From the NCBI GenBank assembly GCA_965140785.1, contig OZ223481.1, forward strand, positions 448,001 to 512,000: a DNA stretch of 64,000 nt. Reading direction: 5' to 3'. Below, piece by piece: positions 1-10,383 of this stretch. Origin of the DNA: an uncultured Ruficoccus sp. (GTDB lineage: Bacteria; Verrucomicrobiota; Verrucomicrobiia; Opitutales; Cerasicoccaceae). The position numbers were made by a program, and so were the translations under genes. Numbering within the stretch: position 1 is the first letter of the stretch; every line of letters begins with the position of its first letter. The notes beneath the pieces are model-generated. The model saw only the letters and a list, made by a program, of their open reading frames with translations. It had not been told where the DNA came from and made no database searches.

Positions 1-56
1 CCCGACATGTCGGCCAGCTCCTACTGGGTGAGGCCATGCTTCTGGCGTAATTCCCG
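1..56 (-). pseudogene. XRE-family HTH fragment with in-frame stop (RELRQKHGLTQ*ELADMSG), running off the window edge
   Basis: Manual minus-strand translation gives a typical HTH_3 helix pattern interrupted by TAG. Confidence 0.5.
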
Positions 57-411
57 GGTGCTATCATCGCCGCCTGAGCCTGCTCGCCTGCTGGGGCTAC
101 TCCTGGCCGGCAGTGCGCTGGCCACCTACGTGGCCCAGTCCTACCGCTGCGTCTGCCCCAAGAGCACCGAGGCTGCGCCTCGGTTCGGTACCTTCGGCAG
201 ATAATCGATGACTCGTTGTTGTTCTCGGTTCATCCAGTCCGCGATGGCTGTCAGAAAGAGGATGGCTTGCGTATTCAAGGACCGACTTTCTATAGATCAG
301 CATTTTCAGTTTTACTGATTCAAAAAATGAAGGGTACAGGAACCTGCTCCGACCGCCGAGCCCCGGGGCACTCCGTTTTGGAGTTGACGGAGGAGAGGGA
401 ATATTGCCATT

Positions 412-433
412 AAGTTGGTAACGTTTCGATTTT
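412..433. promoter_or_regulatory. Putative LacI-family operator AAGTTGGTAACGTTTCGATTTT upstream of the GH78 gene
   Basis: Palindrome centred on AACGTT, flanked by TTGCCAT/ATGGCAA; similar sites recur at 4401, 4547, 10332, 17448 and 18660. Confidence 0.6.
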
Positions 434-582
434 ATGGCAACGTCTGCTTGTTTTCTTCTCCTGTACTCCTTCGCCTTTTTTCCCTAAGGGAATAAGGGAC
501 GAGAAGTACGCGGTGTCGCCTTTGTGGCCTATCGGCTGTGGGGATGTGGGTAGCCTCACGCATTTCCAACTATTTTTTTATT

Positions 583-2967
583 ATGAACGAACTCCAAGAT
601 ATTATGCGGTCCCGTCGTTGGCGCCATCCTTGGATATGGGCTCCGGGTGAGGGATGCGATGAAAATGCTTATCTGCTGTTCCGAAAGACGTTCTCTCTGG
701 ACAAAGCACGCGTGGTGCGGATGCATTTGACGGCCGATACGCGCTATCAGCTTTTCGTGGATGGAGAGCGTGTCGGCTGGGGCGCGCCGCAGGGGCCTAT
801 TCACATGAAGTACTACGATACACGGGAAGTATCGCTAGAGGCCGGTGAACATTGTCTCGGCGCGATCGTGTATCATATCGGTTTCGGTCGCTTCGGACCG
901 GAAACGTCGGGTGGGTTCTTGCTGGAGATGGAGGACGGCGAAGGCGGTCTGCTGTTGGGGACCGATGCCACCTGGCGGTGCTGTCGGTCGCAGGCGTGGA
1001 GATCGGACACCTACTGTTACTGGGTAAACAAGCGGACACCGTATCAAGAGATATTTGACGCCAGGAAATTTGACGAGAGCTGGAATGAGATTGAGTACGA
1101 CGACTCGGCTTGGGGCCATGCCTTCGAGATGGATATCAAGCACGACAAGAACCAGTGGCTGTGCCTGATTGCCCGCGACATCCCTTTTCTGGATGAGTCG
1201 GTTCGGCGAGCCGAGATGATTGCCCAGGTCGAAGAGGCGCTCTGGTTGGAGCCGCGCACGAGAAACGACCTGTCTATTTCACTTTCTCAAGCGGGGCGTC
1301 CGTTGCAACTCGCCACTCTCGAGCATGCCGAAAGCTTGACCGAAGAGGATGTCCGGGCGGTTGTGTGTTGTAGTACGGAGCACATGAACGGTTTTTTCGA
1401 CGGGATGTACGACCCGTGCGTGGTGCTCGATTTTGGTCAAGTGATCAATGCCATCCCCCGGATTGAGATCGACGGGCCTGAGGGGGCATCGGTCGAAATC
1501 GGATACGCGGAGCGGTTGGTTGACGGGCGTTTCAACAACGCCATCGAGACTGGGTTTGCCGATGCGTTCTTTCTGCGCGAAGGCAGGCAGCAGTGGCAGC
1601 CCAGCGCGTGGCGATCGTTTCGATACCTGAAGGTCAGGTTTAAAAACTTTCTGCGTCCCTCGCGAATCTATCGTCTGGACGCGCTCGAGATGGCCTTTCC
1701 TTTTCGGGAGCAAGGAGGGTTCGAGAGCGGGGACGAGATGCTCAACGACACGTTCCGGATCAGCCGCGAGACGGTTCGGCTGTGCAGTATGGAAAACTAC
1801 ATGGATACCCCGTGGCGGGAGGGGGCGCAGTGGCTCGGGGATGCTGCCGCAGTCACAATCGGCGCCACCTATGCCTGTTACGGGGACACGCGTCTGGCCT
1901 CGAAGTATTTCCGCCAGACCTCGGCTACTGCACTCCCCACGGGCTTGCTGGCCAACATGAGTCTCGCGCCCTTTGCCTCCGATCAGCGCGTGCCCCGCGG
2001 GACGATTGCCGATTTTAGTCTGTGGTGGGGAATGGCCCTGTGGAAACATTTTCTCTATACCGGCGAGGCGCGCTGGCTGCATGAATTTTACGCCGATGTC
2101 CTGCGCATCTTTCGCTATCATCTGCATTTCGTCAACGAGCAGGGGCTGATCGAGGACATGCCCGGATGGGTCTTCATCGAGTGGGCTCCGCTAGACAATC
2201 GGGGTGTTTGTGCCCACTTCAACGCGATTTTCGCCGGCTTCCTCAAGGCGGTCGAGGCGATAGCTGCCTACAAGGGAGATGAATGGACGGCGCAAACCGC
2301 CCGGCAACTGTACGAGCGGATTCGGGGTGTGTACCATGAGACGTTTTTCGATCCGTCCCGTGGCGTGTATGCCGATGCCGTTCACGACGGTTGCTTCAGC
2401 GAGGTGGTCAGCGAGCACACCCTGGCCTCGGCGGTGAATTTCGGGCTCTGTCCGTCCGAGCACGCACCTGCCATGATCGATACGCTCTTCGGGCAGCGGA
2501 GTGTCGCGGCGGTGGAGGCTCAACCGTTTTTCACCAGTGTGGTCTTGCAGGCGCTTGATCGGGTGGGCCGAATGGATCTCGCGCTGGAGCTGATTCGCCG
2601 TCGATGGGGCGGGCGGATGGTGGCGAGGGGAGTCACGTCCTGCTCGGAAGAGTGGGGCGAAAATGGCTCGTGGCGCAACGGCAAGTATCAGGGGTTCATG
2701 CGCAGTAACAGCCACGCCTGGTCGGCCTGTCCGGCTGAATTCCTGATTAAGAACCTGGGCGGAATCCGTGTCTTGGAGCCGGGGTGCCGGAAGCTTCAGG
2801 TGGTGCCCAGGACGACGGACTTCCCGTATCGTGTGAGCTATCCGACGCCGCTGGGGCCTGTGCGGATTGTCTCGGACAAAGATGGCGTCGAGATTGATGT
2901 GCCGGAGGGCATGGAGCTTGTCCGTGAGCCGACGGAGGATTCGCCGTTGCCGCCCTGGCTGAGCTAG
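583..2967 (+). CDS. Alpha-L-rhamnosidase-like glycoside hydrolase (GH78)
   Basis: ADTRYQLFVDG N-domain, LDFGQ, DTPWREGAQWLGD, SNSHAWSACP motifs; start placed at ATG 583 within ORF 538..2967. Confidence 0.85.
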   Translation: MNELQDIMRSRRWRHPWIWAPGEGCDENAYLLFRKTFSLDKARVVRMHLTADTRYQLFVDGERVGWGAPQGPIHMKYYDTREVSLEAGEHCLGAIVYHIGFGRFGPETSGGFLLEMEDGEGGLLLGTDATWRCCRSQAWRSDTYCYWVNKRTPYQEIFDARKFDESWNEIEYDDSAWGHAFEMDIKHDKNQWLCLIARDIPFLDESVRRAEMIAQVEEALWLEPRTRNDLSISLSQAGRPLQLATLEHAESLTEEDVRAVVCCSTEHMNGFFDGMYDPCVVLDFGQVINAIPRIEIDGPEGASVEIGYAERLVDGRFNNAIETGFADAFFLREGRQQWQPSAWRSFRYLKVRFKNFLRPSRIYRLDALEMAFPFREQGGFESGDEMLNDTFRISRETVRLCSMENYMDTPWREGAQWLGDAAAVTIGATYACYGDTRLASKYFRQTSATALPTGLLANMSLAPFASDQRVPRGTIADFSLWWGMALWKHFLYTGEARWLHEFYADVLRIFRYHLHFVNEQGLIEDMPGWVFIEWAPLDNRGVCAHFNAIFAGFLKAVEAIAAYKGDEWTAQTARQLYERIRGVYHETFFDPSRGVYADAVHDGCFSEVVSEHTLASAVNFGLCPSEHAPAMIDTLFGQRSVAAVEAQPFFTSVVLQALDRVGRMDLALELIRRRWGGRMVARGVTSCSEEWGENGSWRNGKYQGFMRSNSHAWSACPAEFLIKNLGGIRVLEPGCRKLQVVPRTTDFPYRVSYPTPLGPVRIVSDKDGVEIDVPEGMELVREPTEDSPLPPWLS

Positions 2968-3055
2968 GGCCTGTTAGGGCAACGACTCAAATCGGCGAAA
3001 AATGCGACATGAGATAATCTGACGACAGAGCCTGGAGAACTTTCCGTGAATCCCG

Positions 3056-4396
3056 TTACTCGCGGTACATGGGGATGCGGCCTTCCTGGTAGTCGATTTC
3101 CACCCAGGGGTCCTCGGTCTCGAACCGAAGTTTCATCAGGCGTTCCCGATAGTCCTGAACGATTGGCTGCAATTCCGGGGTGTCGATCAGGTTGACCGTT
3201 TCGTTGGGATCATTGTCCAGGTCGAACAACGCTTCGGGCCAATGGTGCATGAGCCGCTCTTCGGGAACTTGTTCCGAGCCTCCCGTTTTCTTGATAGACT
3301 GATAGCTGGCCGAATCGAAAAGATCTGTGCCAAGGGGCAGCGGGAGCTGGTGCGCCAGGCAGCGAACGTATTTATATTGTTTGCCGCGGGCGACCCGGTA
3401 GGGAAAGTAATTGGTCACCTCATGGAATGAGTGCGAGTAGAAGGTAAGATCCCGCCACGGACCCTTTGGGCTATCGATCAGGGGGAGGAGGCTGGAGCCG
3501 GTGAGTGCGGTTGGCCAGAGGCTTTTATCGACCTGCATGGCGTCCAGGACCGTGGGCATGATGTCGCACCAGTTAACCAACGCGTCACATTGCTGGCCCG
3601 CGCCTGTGCCTTTGGGGTGCGCGATGATGAGCGGGCAGTTGTGGCCGGCTTCGAATGGGCTGGCTTTGGCCCCGGGAAAGGGCATGCCGTGGTCGGAGAG
3701 CAAAATGATCAGGGTGTCGTCAAGTTTACCGGCGGCCTCGATTTCATCCAGCATGGCTCCGACAAAGCCATCGAAGCGCGTGACGAAGCTATAGTAGTCG
3801 GCCAAATCCTGACGGACTTCCGGTGTGTCTGGCAGATATTCAGGCACCATGACATCGCTAGGCGAATACAGCACCTCATGGGGGGCAAATTCCTCTTCAT
3901 ATAGCTTGCGATCGAAGTTCCCTAAGGTTCGATGGGGATTCCCGCTGGCGCAGTGCAGGTAAAATGATTCATCGCCAAACGTGGCAAGGCATTCGCGTGT
4001 CGCCTGCGCCAGGAGTTGATTCGAAAAAATGCGGTTGCCTGCGAGTTCGCTCCATACCGTGAAAGGGTAGACCTCGCGCGGTGCGATATGGGCTTTACCG
4101 ACGAGTGCGGACATCATGTTTGCCTGATTGAGGATGGCGGGGAGGGAGGCCGCGTCACTTCGGGTTCGGAAGTGGTGTTCGCCATGGTTGTGTCCGAATT
4201 GTCTGTGTTGATGGCTGTACATCCCAGTCAGGATGTTGGCTCGACTGGCGGCACAGGTGGGCGTCGTGCAAAAAGCGCGGGTAAACACGGTGCCGCGGCT
4301 AGCCAAGGCGTCAATATTCGGCGTGTGGATAACCGGGTTGCCGTAGCAACGGGCAATCGGTGACCAGTCATCTGCAATTAGAAGGGCGACATTCAT
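3056..4396 (-). CDS. Sulfatase (S1 family)
   Basis: LIADD, HTPNIDALA, CAASRANILTG signature, GKAH, SDHG, LFDLDNDPNE. Confidence 0.9.
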   Translation of the reverse strand: MNVALLIADDWSPIARCYGNPVIHTPNIDALASRGTVFTRAFCTTPTCAASRANILTGMYSHQHRQFGHNHGEHHFRTRSDAASLPAILNQANMMSALVGKAHIAPREVYPFTVWSELAGNRIFSNQLLAQATRECLATFGDESFYLHCASGNPHRTLGNFDRKLYEEEFAPHEVLYSPSDVMVPEYLPDTPEVRQDLADYYSFVTRFDGFVGAMLDEIEAAGKLDDTLIILLSDHGMPFPGAKASPFEAGHNCPLIIAHPKGTGAGQQCDALVNWCDIMPTVLDAMQVDKSLWPTALTGSSLLPLIDSPKGPWRDLTFYSHSFHEVTNYFPYRVARGKQYKYVRCLAHQLPLPLGTDLFDSASYQSIKKTGGSEQVPEERLMHHWPEALFDLDNDPNETVNLIDTPELQPIVQDYRERLMKLRFETEDPWVEIDYQEGRIPMYRE

Positions 4397-4400
4397 TTTT

Positions 4401-4422
4401 AAATTGGTAACAATACGATTTT
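4401..4422. promoter_or_regulatory. Putative LacI operator AAATTGGTAACAATACGATTTT
   Basis: Near-copy of the 412..433 site, immediately upstream of the sulfatase start codon. Confidence 0.5.
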
Positions 4423-4546
4423 TATAGTTTATTGTTTGGATTAACAATCTAAAAATCGTGCTATATTTTTATTTAAGGTATTGTTAGGCATAGCATTAAT
4501 GGTTTTTTAAAAACAGGAGGCGAGAGAGCGCCTGTTCTAAATTTTG

Positions 4547-4568
4547 TAATTGATAACGATCCCATTTT
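4547..4568. promoter_or_regulatory. Putative LacI operator TAATTGATAACGATCCCATTTT
   Basis: Degenerate match to the shared palindrome, upstream of the GH42-like gene. Confidence 0.4.
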
Positions 4569-4753
4569 ATGCCAGTTTGGCGAGAAATATCGATTTGTGG
4601 AAACACGTCGGTATAAAACCCGGGTCAGGCGGGATGGTTCTGCAAAATGAACCGGTCCGTCTGACGAGTATGCCAACCCACCCCGTATTCGTTATGTTTG
4701 CCAAAGTATTTGGACTCCTTTCCCTGCATTCTTGCTCCATGTTTGCTGTCTTC

Positions 4754-7700
4754 ATGAAAGCGGTTGGTCCAAGCCGCGCTGCCAGGCAATTAGTTCTCTT
4801 GCTGACCGGGTGCGTGCTCGGCCTGTGTGCATCTGCTCAGGTGGGGCAAAGCGGAATAGCCGAAGGGCCCTTCACCAATGGTGGATTCGAAGAGGGGCTG
4901 GCAGGCTGGACCTGGATGATTTCCCAGGGCGCGGATGCTACGTGCAATATCGACCGCGGGGTATCCCATGGCGGGCAGAATTCCATCCGTATCACGAACA
5001 AGACACCCAAGAAAGCGCACACCTATGGCGTGTTGCGTCGCCGGATCACCGGGCTCAAGCCGAATACGAACTATCGTATCTACGCTTGGTTTAAGGGCGT
5101 CAATGTCGGCGATGGTAAGATTGGGGGCGGCCCTGGCTGGGAGTACGTGGAAAGCTATCCCAAGGGTTCCTATGACTGGACGCTCGTGACCATGGATGTG
5201 GCAACCCGAGATGCCGATAATTTCGAGTTCATTATCACCTGTGGAGATGTGACCGGGGAGCTTTGGGTGGATGATCTTCAGTTCATTGAGCGTTCGGAAG
5301 CCCAGGATGTGATATTGACTCCTCCGGAGGTGCGTTCACACGAGGCCTATCTGCAGGAGCGCGGTGATACTTGGATGACGCCCAAGAGCCAGCAGATGAC
5401 GAATGACGAATGGTTGACGGGGGATTTCGGCGTTCCCGGACCCGTTGAAGCGGGTGCCGAGTACCAGTTTGTAACGAAGCTGGATGACGGGGAGACTGTC
5501 ACCCTGGCGACGATGATCATGGACCGGGCGGTTTCGGTTGATGACATCGCGCGGGTTGGTTTTGCCATTAACACCAACATCTTTAAAGAACAAGGGGAGT
5601 GGACGCTGGCCGTGCAGACGGTCGAGGGCCGGACCTTGGCCAGTGCCAGTGTGGCTTATTTGGATTTGAAAAAACAGGCCGCTGAACTGATGGCGAAGCT
5701 GCAACCTCGGCGTGACGCTATTGCCCGGGCCATGCAGGCCGATTCCGCCATTACGCAAGATCCTTACGTCAAGCTCTGGTTCGATATCGGCGAGTATTAC
5801 CTGCGGCGTCTTGAAAAAAATCAAACGCGGGAGCCTTGGTGGGCGCGTTTGCAAGCCCAGCAGATTGGCCGTATCTTTGACCAGGTCGAGGCTTGGCTGG
5901 ACAATCAGGAGCCGCTCAATTGGCCGGAACGGGCTATGGCCATGGCCCCCATCCGTTCCATGCGCTTTACGGATAAGAATCTGATGGCCTTGCGGGAAGG
6001 GGATGCTGAAGAGGTTTCATTCTTCGCCACCGGCTACGGCCATTTCGACCAGGTTGACAAGGATATCGCGCTTCTGGCAGGCTGGGGGATGGATGCCTTG
6101 GCCAAAGGCCTGGGGCCGGAAAAGGGCGTCATGACGCAGGACCGGCAGCTTTCCCCTGACAGCAAGCGCCTCCGGGGGCGTCTTCAGGCGATTGATGTGG
6201 CTGCCGAAAATAACGTCTATGTTGATTTCATGATGGGTTCCCACGGTGTGCCGGCATGGTTCGAAGAGGAGCACCCGGACGCGATGATTCATAATCCAGG
6301 CTTTATCGATTTCGACATAGATCACCCTGAGACCCGTCAACTGATCCGTGATTGGATTGACCTGATCATGCCGGAAATCGCCAAACGCCCCAATATTGTC
6401 TCGGTGGGCCTGAGCAATGAACCGCAGTACATTCGCAGTGGCCGTACGCCGCATAGCCGGGACTACTGGCCGGCATTTCTTGAGGAGCGCTATATCACCA
6501 TCGATAAGCTCAACGCGACCTATGGCACCGAGTACACCTCCTTTGCCCAGGTTCCTGTTCCTCCCATGGATTCCCAGACCCATCTCAGCGTTAAGCGTTC
6601 GGCTTTCGACTGGCTCGAGTTTAACAGCCAGCATTTCGCTGCTTGGCACAAGTGGCTGGCGGACTTGATTCACCAGCACATGCCGGAGATGCCCACCTAT
6701 GTCAAAATTGTCGAATTGGGCTGGAACAGCGGTGCGTTGCGCAGTGGCATCGACCCGGAGCTGATCTGTAATGTCTCCGAGTTGGCCGGTTGCGATGCGC
6801 GGGCGTACACGACGCCTGATGGTGAATTTGCCTTGGACTGGCACGAGCAGGAAATGTGGTACGACCTGCTGCACTCATTTAGGGGGCAGCCCATCATCAA
6901 TACCGAGTTCCACGTGATTCCCAATGGCTTCCAGCAGGAAATTCCCGGTAAGCATGTGAGGACGGCCCTCTGGCAGTCGGCCCTCCACCATGTTGCCTTT
7001 AGCACGTTTTGGATCTGGGACAAGCCCATCCACCGGCACTTCGAGGCGAGCATTTATCTCCGGCCAATGGTGGTGGCGGAGACCCAGCGCACGATGCTCG
7101 ACATGCGCCGGTTAGCTCCGGAATTAAGTGCTCTGGGCGATGCTCCCAAGCGGGTAGCTTTGCTTTACAGCACGCCGTCCCTGTTCTGGGATGACATCCT
7201 GTACGGCGAGACTTGCGAGCGCATTCACGAGAGCCTGCTCATGCGCGGGCATACCCCGACATTTGTCAGCGAAACGCAATTGAATGACGGAGATGCCAAC
7301 CGCTTCGACGTCATCATCCTGCCGCACAGCACCCATGTCCGGCAAGCGACTGTCGAGGCCCTGAATGACTATCTCGACGACGGCGGGAAGATACTGGCAT
7401 TTGGCGCCCTGCCCGAATTTAACGAGTACGATTATCCCCTGGAGGTGCCGCCGTCCATCGAAGAACTTGAGGTACTTCCGTTGCCGGAAGAAGACCTTGC
7501 CTTGGGCGATCTGCTGGAGGTTGAACTCTCCGACAGTGGGATCTCGGTTCCGGCGATGACAGACCTTCAGACGCAGGCGCCGGCCTGGGGAATTCAGTAT
7601 CGTATCGTACTGTACAAGGGCGCTTACCTTGCATCGATCGTTAATTTCAACCACGACAGCAACACCGTCAGCCTGACGATGACTGGCAAGGCTACGAATC

Positions 7701-7780
7701 TCGTCAATGGCGAAACCGTTGATTTGGCTAACCTTGAGCTGACCCCGTTGGAGCCGGTGCTGTTGCGCATCGAGCCATAA
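4754..7780 (+). CDS. Secreted beta-galactosidase-like protein (GH42-like) with an N-terminal carbohydrate-binding (CBM4/9-like) domain
   Basis: Signal peptide, NGGFEEG...W CBM start, LSNEP acid/base motif, IDKLNATYGTEY, C-terminal trimerisation-like domain; start uncertain (ORF opens at 4550). Confidence 0.75.
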   Translation: MKAVGPSRAARQLVLLLTGCVLGLCASAQVGQSGIAEGPFTNGGFEEGLAGWTWMISQGADATCNIDRGVSHGGQNSIRITNKTPKKAHTYGVLRRRITGLKPNTNYRIYAWFKGVNVGDGKIGGGPGWEYVESYPKGSYDWTLVTMDVATRDADNFEFIITCGDVTGELWVDDLQFIERSEAQDVILTPPEVRSHEAYLQERGDTWMTPKSQQMTNDEWLTGDFGVPGPVEAGAEYQFVTKLDDGETVTLATMIMDRAVSVDDIARVGFAINTNIFKEQGEWTLAVQTVEGRTLASASVAYLDLKKQAAELMAKLQPRRDAIARAMQADSAITQDPYVKLWFDIGEYYLRRLEKNQTREPWWARLQAQQIGRIFDQVEAWLDNQEPLNWPERAMAMAPIRSMRFTDKNLMALREGDAEEVSFFATGYGHFDQVDKDIALLAGWGMDALAKGLGPEKGVMTQDRQLSPDSKRLRGRLQAIDVAAENNVYVDFMMGSHGVPAWFEEEHPDAMIHNPGFIDFDIDHPETRQLIRDWIDLIMPEIAKRPNIVSVGLSNEPQYIRSGRTPHSRDYWPAFLEERYITIDKLNATYGTEYTSFAQVPVPPMDSQTHLSVKRSAFDWLEFNSQHFAAWHKWLADLIHQHMPEMPTYVKIVELGWNSGALRSGIDPELICNVSELAGCDARAYTTPDGEFALDWHEQEMWYDLLHSFRGQPIINTEFHVIPNGFQQEIPGKHVRTALWQSALHHVAFSTFWIWDKPIHRHFEASIYLRPMVVAETQRTMLDMRRLAPELSALGDAPKRVALLYSTPSLFWDDILYGETCERIHESLLMRGHTPTFVSETQLNDGDANRFDVIILPHSTHVRQATVEALNDYLDDGGKILAFGALPEFNEYDYPLEVPPSIEELEVLPLPEEDLALGDLLEVELSDSGISVPAMTDLQTQAPAWGIQYRIVLYKGAYLASIVNFNHDSNTVSLTMTGKATNLVNGETVDLANLELTPLEPVLLRIEP

Positions 7781-7804
7781 TCCCTGATACACCTTGCAAG
7801 CCTT

Positions 7805-8683
7805 ATGTACGTTAATTGTTATTATTACGGTCCGCATGCCCACTCCATGTTGATTGAGCATCTGGACCACGATTTGGCCCATATCGCCTCTCTGGGCACG
7901 AACGCGGTTTCTCTTTGCATCAGTGAATTGAATCTGGAGCTTTGGACCGCAAAGCGGCTTGAGCGCGTTTGCAAACGCATCCGTGCCCATGGGATGGAGG
8001 TGCATGCGGTACCGAACCGATGGGCAGGCATTGTCGCCGGCTGGATAGACGGCTTTAATGGTTGGAGTGTCGAGCATGCGGACTGTCTCTTGCCGGGCTA
8101 TCCGCCTCACCAGGCCTTTTCTGATCCCAAACAACCGGCGACCCGTGAGCATTATGAGACAACCTTGACGCGGCTCTTTGATTTTTTTGATTTCGAGGGG
8201 CTGGTTTGGGATGAGCCGTGCCCGGGGATTGCTCCGGTGGTTGAATTCCTGGACGAGATGGCCGGCTTTGCGAAAACGCTCAGGCCAGGCTTGGTTACGA
8301 GCCTGTTCTTGGCGGCGCCCGATCTAGAACTGAGTGAGGCACTCGCGCGGACAAAGCACATCGAGTACCTGGGGGCTGACGGGCATATCCGGAACAATGA
8401 TTACCAGATGCACCGCATGAAAACGACGATCTTTGATGCCCATGCCAAGCATTATCCGGTGCTGACTCGGGCGGGCAAGAAGACCTTTTTCCTGCTTGAG
8501 GCGCAACGCCACCGGGACGAGGATCTCGGCAATTATCTGGAGAATGTGGAAGCCGCATTTTCACTCCCCATGGACCAGATGATGTACTACTACTCAGCCC
8601 ATGAGATGTTGAATCCCGAGAACGAGCGCCGCTTTAACCAAGCCACCTGGGATGCGGTTCGGCGGGTAACCGGGGCGTCCTGA
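7805..8683 (+). CDS. Hypothetical protein, probable TIM-barrel glycoside-hydrolase-like fold
   Basis: 292-aa ORF within the operon; DLAHIASLGTNAV and GLVWDEP resemble clan GH-A barrels. Confidence 0.6.
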   Translation: MYVNCYYYGPHAHSMLIEHLDHDLAHIASLGTNAVSLCISELNLELWTAKRLERVCKRIRAHGMEVHAVPNRWAGIVAGWIDGFNGWSVEHADCLLPGYPPHQAFSDPKQPATREHYETTLTRLFDFFDFEGLVWDEPCPGIAPVVEFLDEMAGFAKTLRPGLVTSLFLAAPDLELSEALARTKHIEYLGADGHIRNNDYQMHRMKTTIFDAHAKHYPVLTRAGKKTFFLLEAQRHRDEDLGNYLENVEAAFSLPMDQMMYYYSAHEMLNPENERRFNQATWDAVRRVTGAS

Positions 8684-8697
8684 TACGCGTCTGATTC

Positions 8698-10122
8698 ATG
8701 ATGAAAACACGGCCAAACTTCATACTGCTGGTGGGCGAAGATGCCGGGCGTGCCTTGGGCTGCTATGGTGATACCGATGCAAACACGCCCAATCTGGACC
8801 GATTGGCCGAGGAGGGTTGCTGCTACGACAACGCCTTTTCGACGGCGCCGGTGTGTTCGCCCAGCCGTTCGAGTTTGGTAACCGGGCTCTACCCCTGGTC
8901 ACTGGGCACTCACCACCATCGGTCCCGGTTGTTGAATCCACCGCGCCTATTTACCCAAGAGCTTCGCGAGGCGGGGTATTACGTAAATTGGGCAAATAAA
9001 ACGGATTTCAATTTTGAGCCACCAACCGAATTTGCCGACGCGCGCAGGGAGTGGGTCGAAGACCTTGAAAAAGGCACTTTGCCGGAGCAGCCGCTTTTCC
9101 TTTTCCATAACTTCACCGTCACTCACGAGAGCACCATGTGGGATGCCTCGGAGGGCAGGGGGCGTCAGCTGGATAGGCATGCGAAAGCACATCTGCTGCG
9201 AGCTGGGTACCGTGTTGATCCCTCTACTGTGCGGGTCCCGGCGTATCTTCCGGATTGTCCGCAAGTGCGTACCAATCTCGCGCGCTTTCACGAAGGCCAA
9301 GCCATCGCCGATGCTGAAATCGGCCGCATCCTGAGGGCTCTCGACCGGTCACCGTTGCGGGAGAATACGATAGTGATTTACCTGACGGACCATGGGCGCG
9401 GCCTGGTCCGTGAGAAGCGTTGGTGTTACAACGCTGGATTGCACGTGTCCCTCGTCATTCGGGCGCCCGGGCTTGTCACGCCGGCAAGCAGATGCGACTC
9501 ATTGGTCAGTTGGGTGGATATCGCACCGACACTCTTGTCTCTGGCGGGTGTCGCCATCCCGGAAACTTATCAGGGGAAAGTTTTTCTCGGTCCCGATAGG
9601 GGATCGAAGCGTGAGTATGTCTTTGCAGGGCGGGATCGTATGGATGAATGTTTCGACCACGTGCGGGTGGCTCGCAACAAACGTTATCATTACATTCGTA
9701 ATCGGTTCCCGGAGATACCGTATTGCCAGCGGAACCGATACATGGAGCGGATGGAAACCACTCGCGTGATCCGCAGGCTGGCGCAAGAAGGAAAATTGTC
9801 CGGTGGTAGTGCGCTGTGGGTAAGCGGTTCTAAGCCAGCGGAGGAGCTCTACGATGCACAGTCCGATCCGGACATGATCAATAATCTTGCCGACAATCCC
9901 GCCTTGGAGAAGGTGAAGCAAACTCTGCGCGCAGCACTTGATGAGCACCTGAACGCGGTCGGGGATCTTGGGACTGTTCCGGAACGACAGCTCATTGCCC
10001 AGGGACTCGTGGGCGACTCGTTGGGTGAAATGTACGAATGGGTGGACCTTTTGCCGAAAGGTCAGCGAATTGGTATCGAGCGAACTGTGGTGGAGCTTCC
10101 TGAAGGGCCGCTTTCTGCCTGA
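8698..10122 (+). CDS. Sulfatase (S1 family)
   Basis: RPNFILLVGED, TPNLDRLA, CSPSRSSLVTG, TDHG, ELYD..SDP. Confidence 0.92.
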   Translation: MMKTRPNFILLVGEDAGRALGCYGDTDANTPNLDRLAEEGCCYDNAFSTAPVCSPSRSSLVTGLYPWSLGTHHHRSRLLNPPRLFTQELREAGYYVNWANKTDFNFEPPTEFADARREWVEDLEKGTLPEQPLFLFHNFTVTHESTMWDASEGRGRQLDRHAKAHLLRAGYRVDPSTVRVPAYLPDCPQVRTNLARFHEGQAIADAEIGRILRALDRSPLRENTIVIYLTDHGRGLVREKRWCYNAGLHVSLVIRAPGLVTPASRCDSLVSWVDIAPTLLSLAGVAIPETYQGKVFLGPDRGSKREYVFAGRDRMDECFDHVRVARNKRYHYIRNRFPEIPYCQRNRYMERMETTRVIRRLAQEGKLSGGSALWVSGSKPAEELYDAQSDPDMINNLADNPALEKVKQTLRAALDEHLNAVGDLGTVPERQLIAQGLVGDSLGEMYEWVDLLPKGQRIGIERTVVELPEGPLSA

Positions 10123-10311
10123 AGAACATGCAAGCTCGAATGAACATGCCGTCTCTATTTCTGAAAACGTTTCAAGGTTCCTGGCCGACTATTCCTGCAC
10201 GCCAGCCCCCATTGTCGGTGGTATATGGCAGCCCGTGCGTCACGGATTGATTACGCCGTAGCGATTTCTCAACGACCGCGAGATTTCTTTATTCTCGGTT
10301 CCCAAATTCAC

Positions 10312-10353
10312 TTGACAACACCCTCAGTTCTAAATTATTAACGTTATCAATTT
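10312..10353 (+). promoter_or_regulatory. Putative sigma70 promoter (TTGACA at 10312) overlapped by operator AAATTATTAACGTTATCAATTT (10332..10353)
   Basis: Consensus -35 hexamer; the best palindrome copy covers the -10 region upstream of the PEP-CTERM gene. Confidence 0.6.
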
Positions 10354-10383
10354 GACAATACTCCCACCTCAACCGTTCTACTC

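Noticed and set aside
10159..10180. TTTCTGAAAACGTTTCAAGGTT as an additional operator
   Set aside because: It has the AACGTT core but poor flank matches, so it was left out of the operator set as uncertain.
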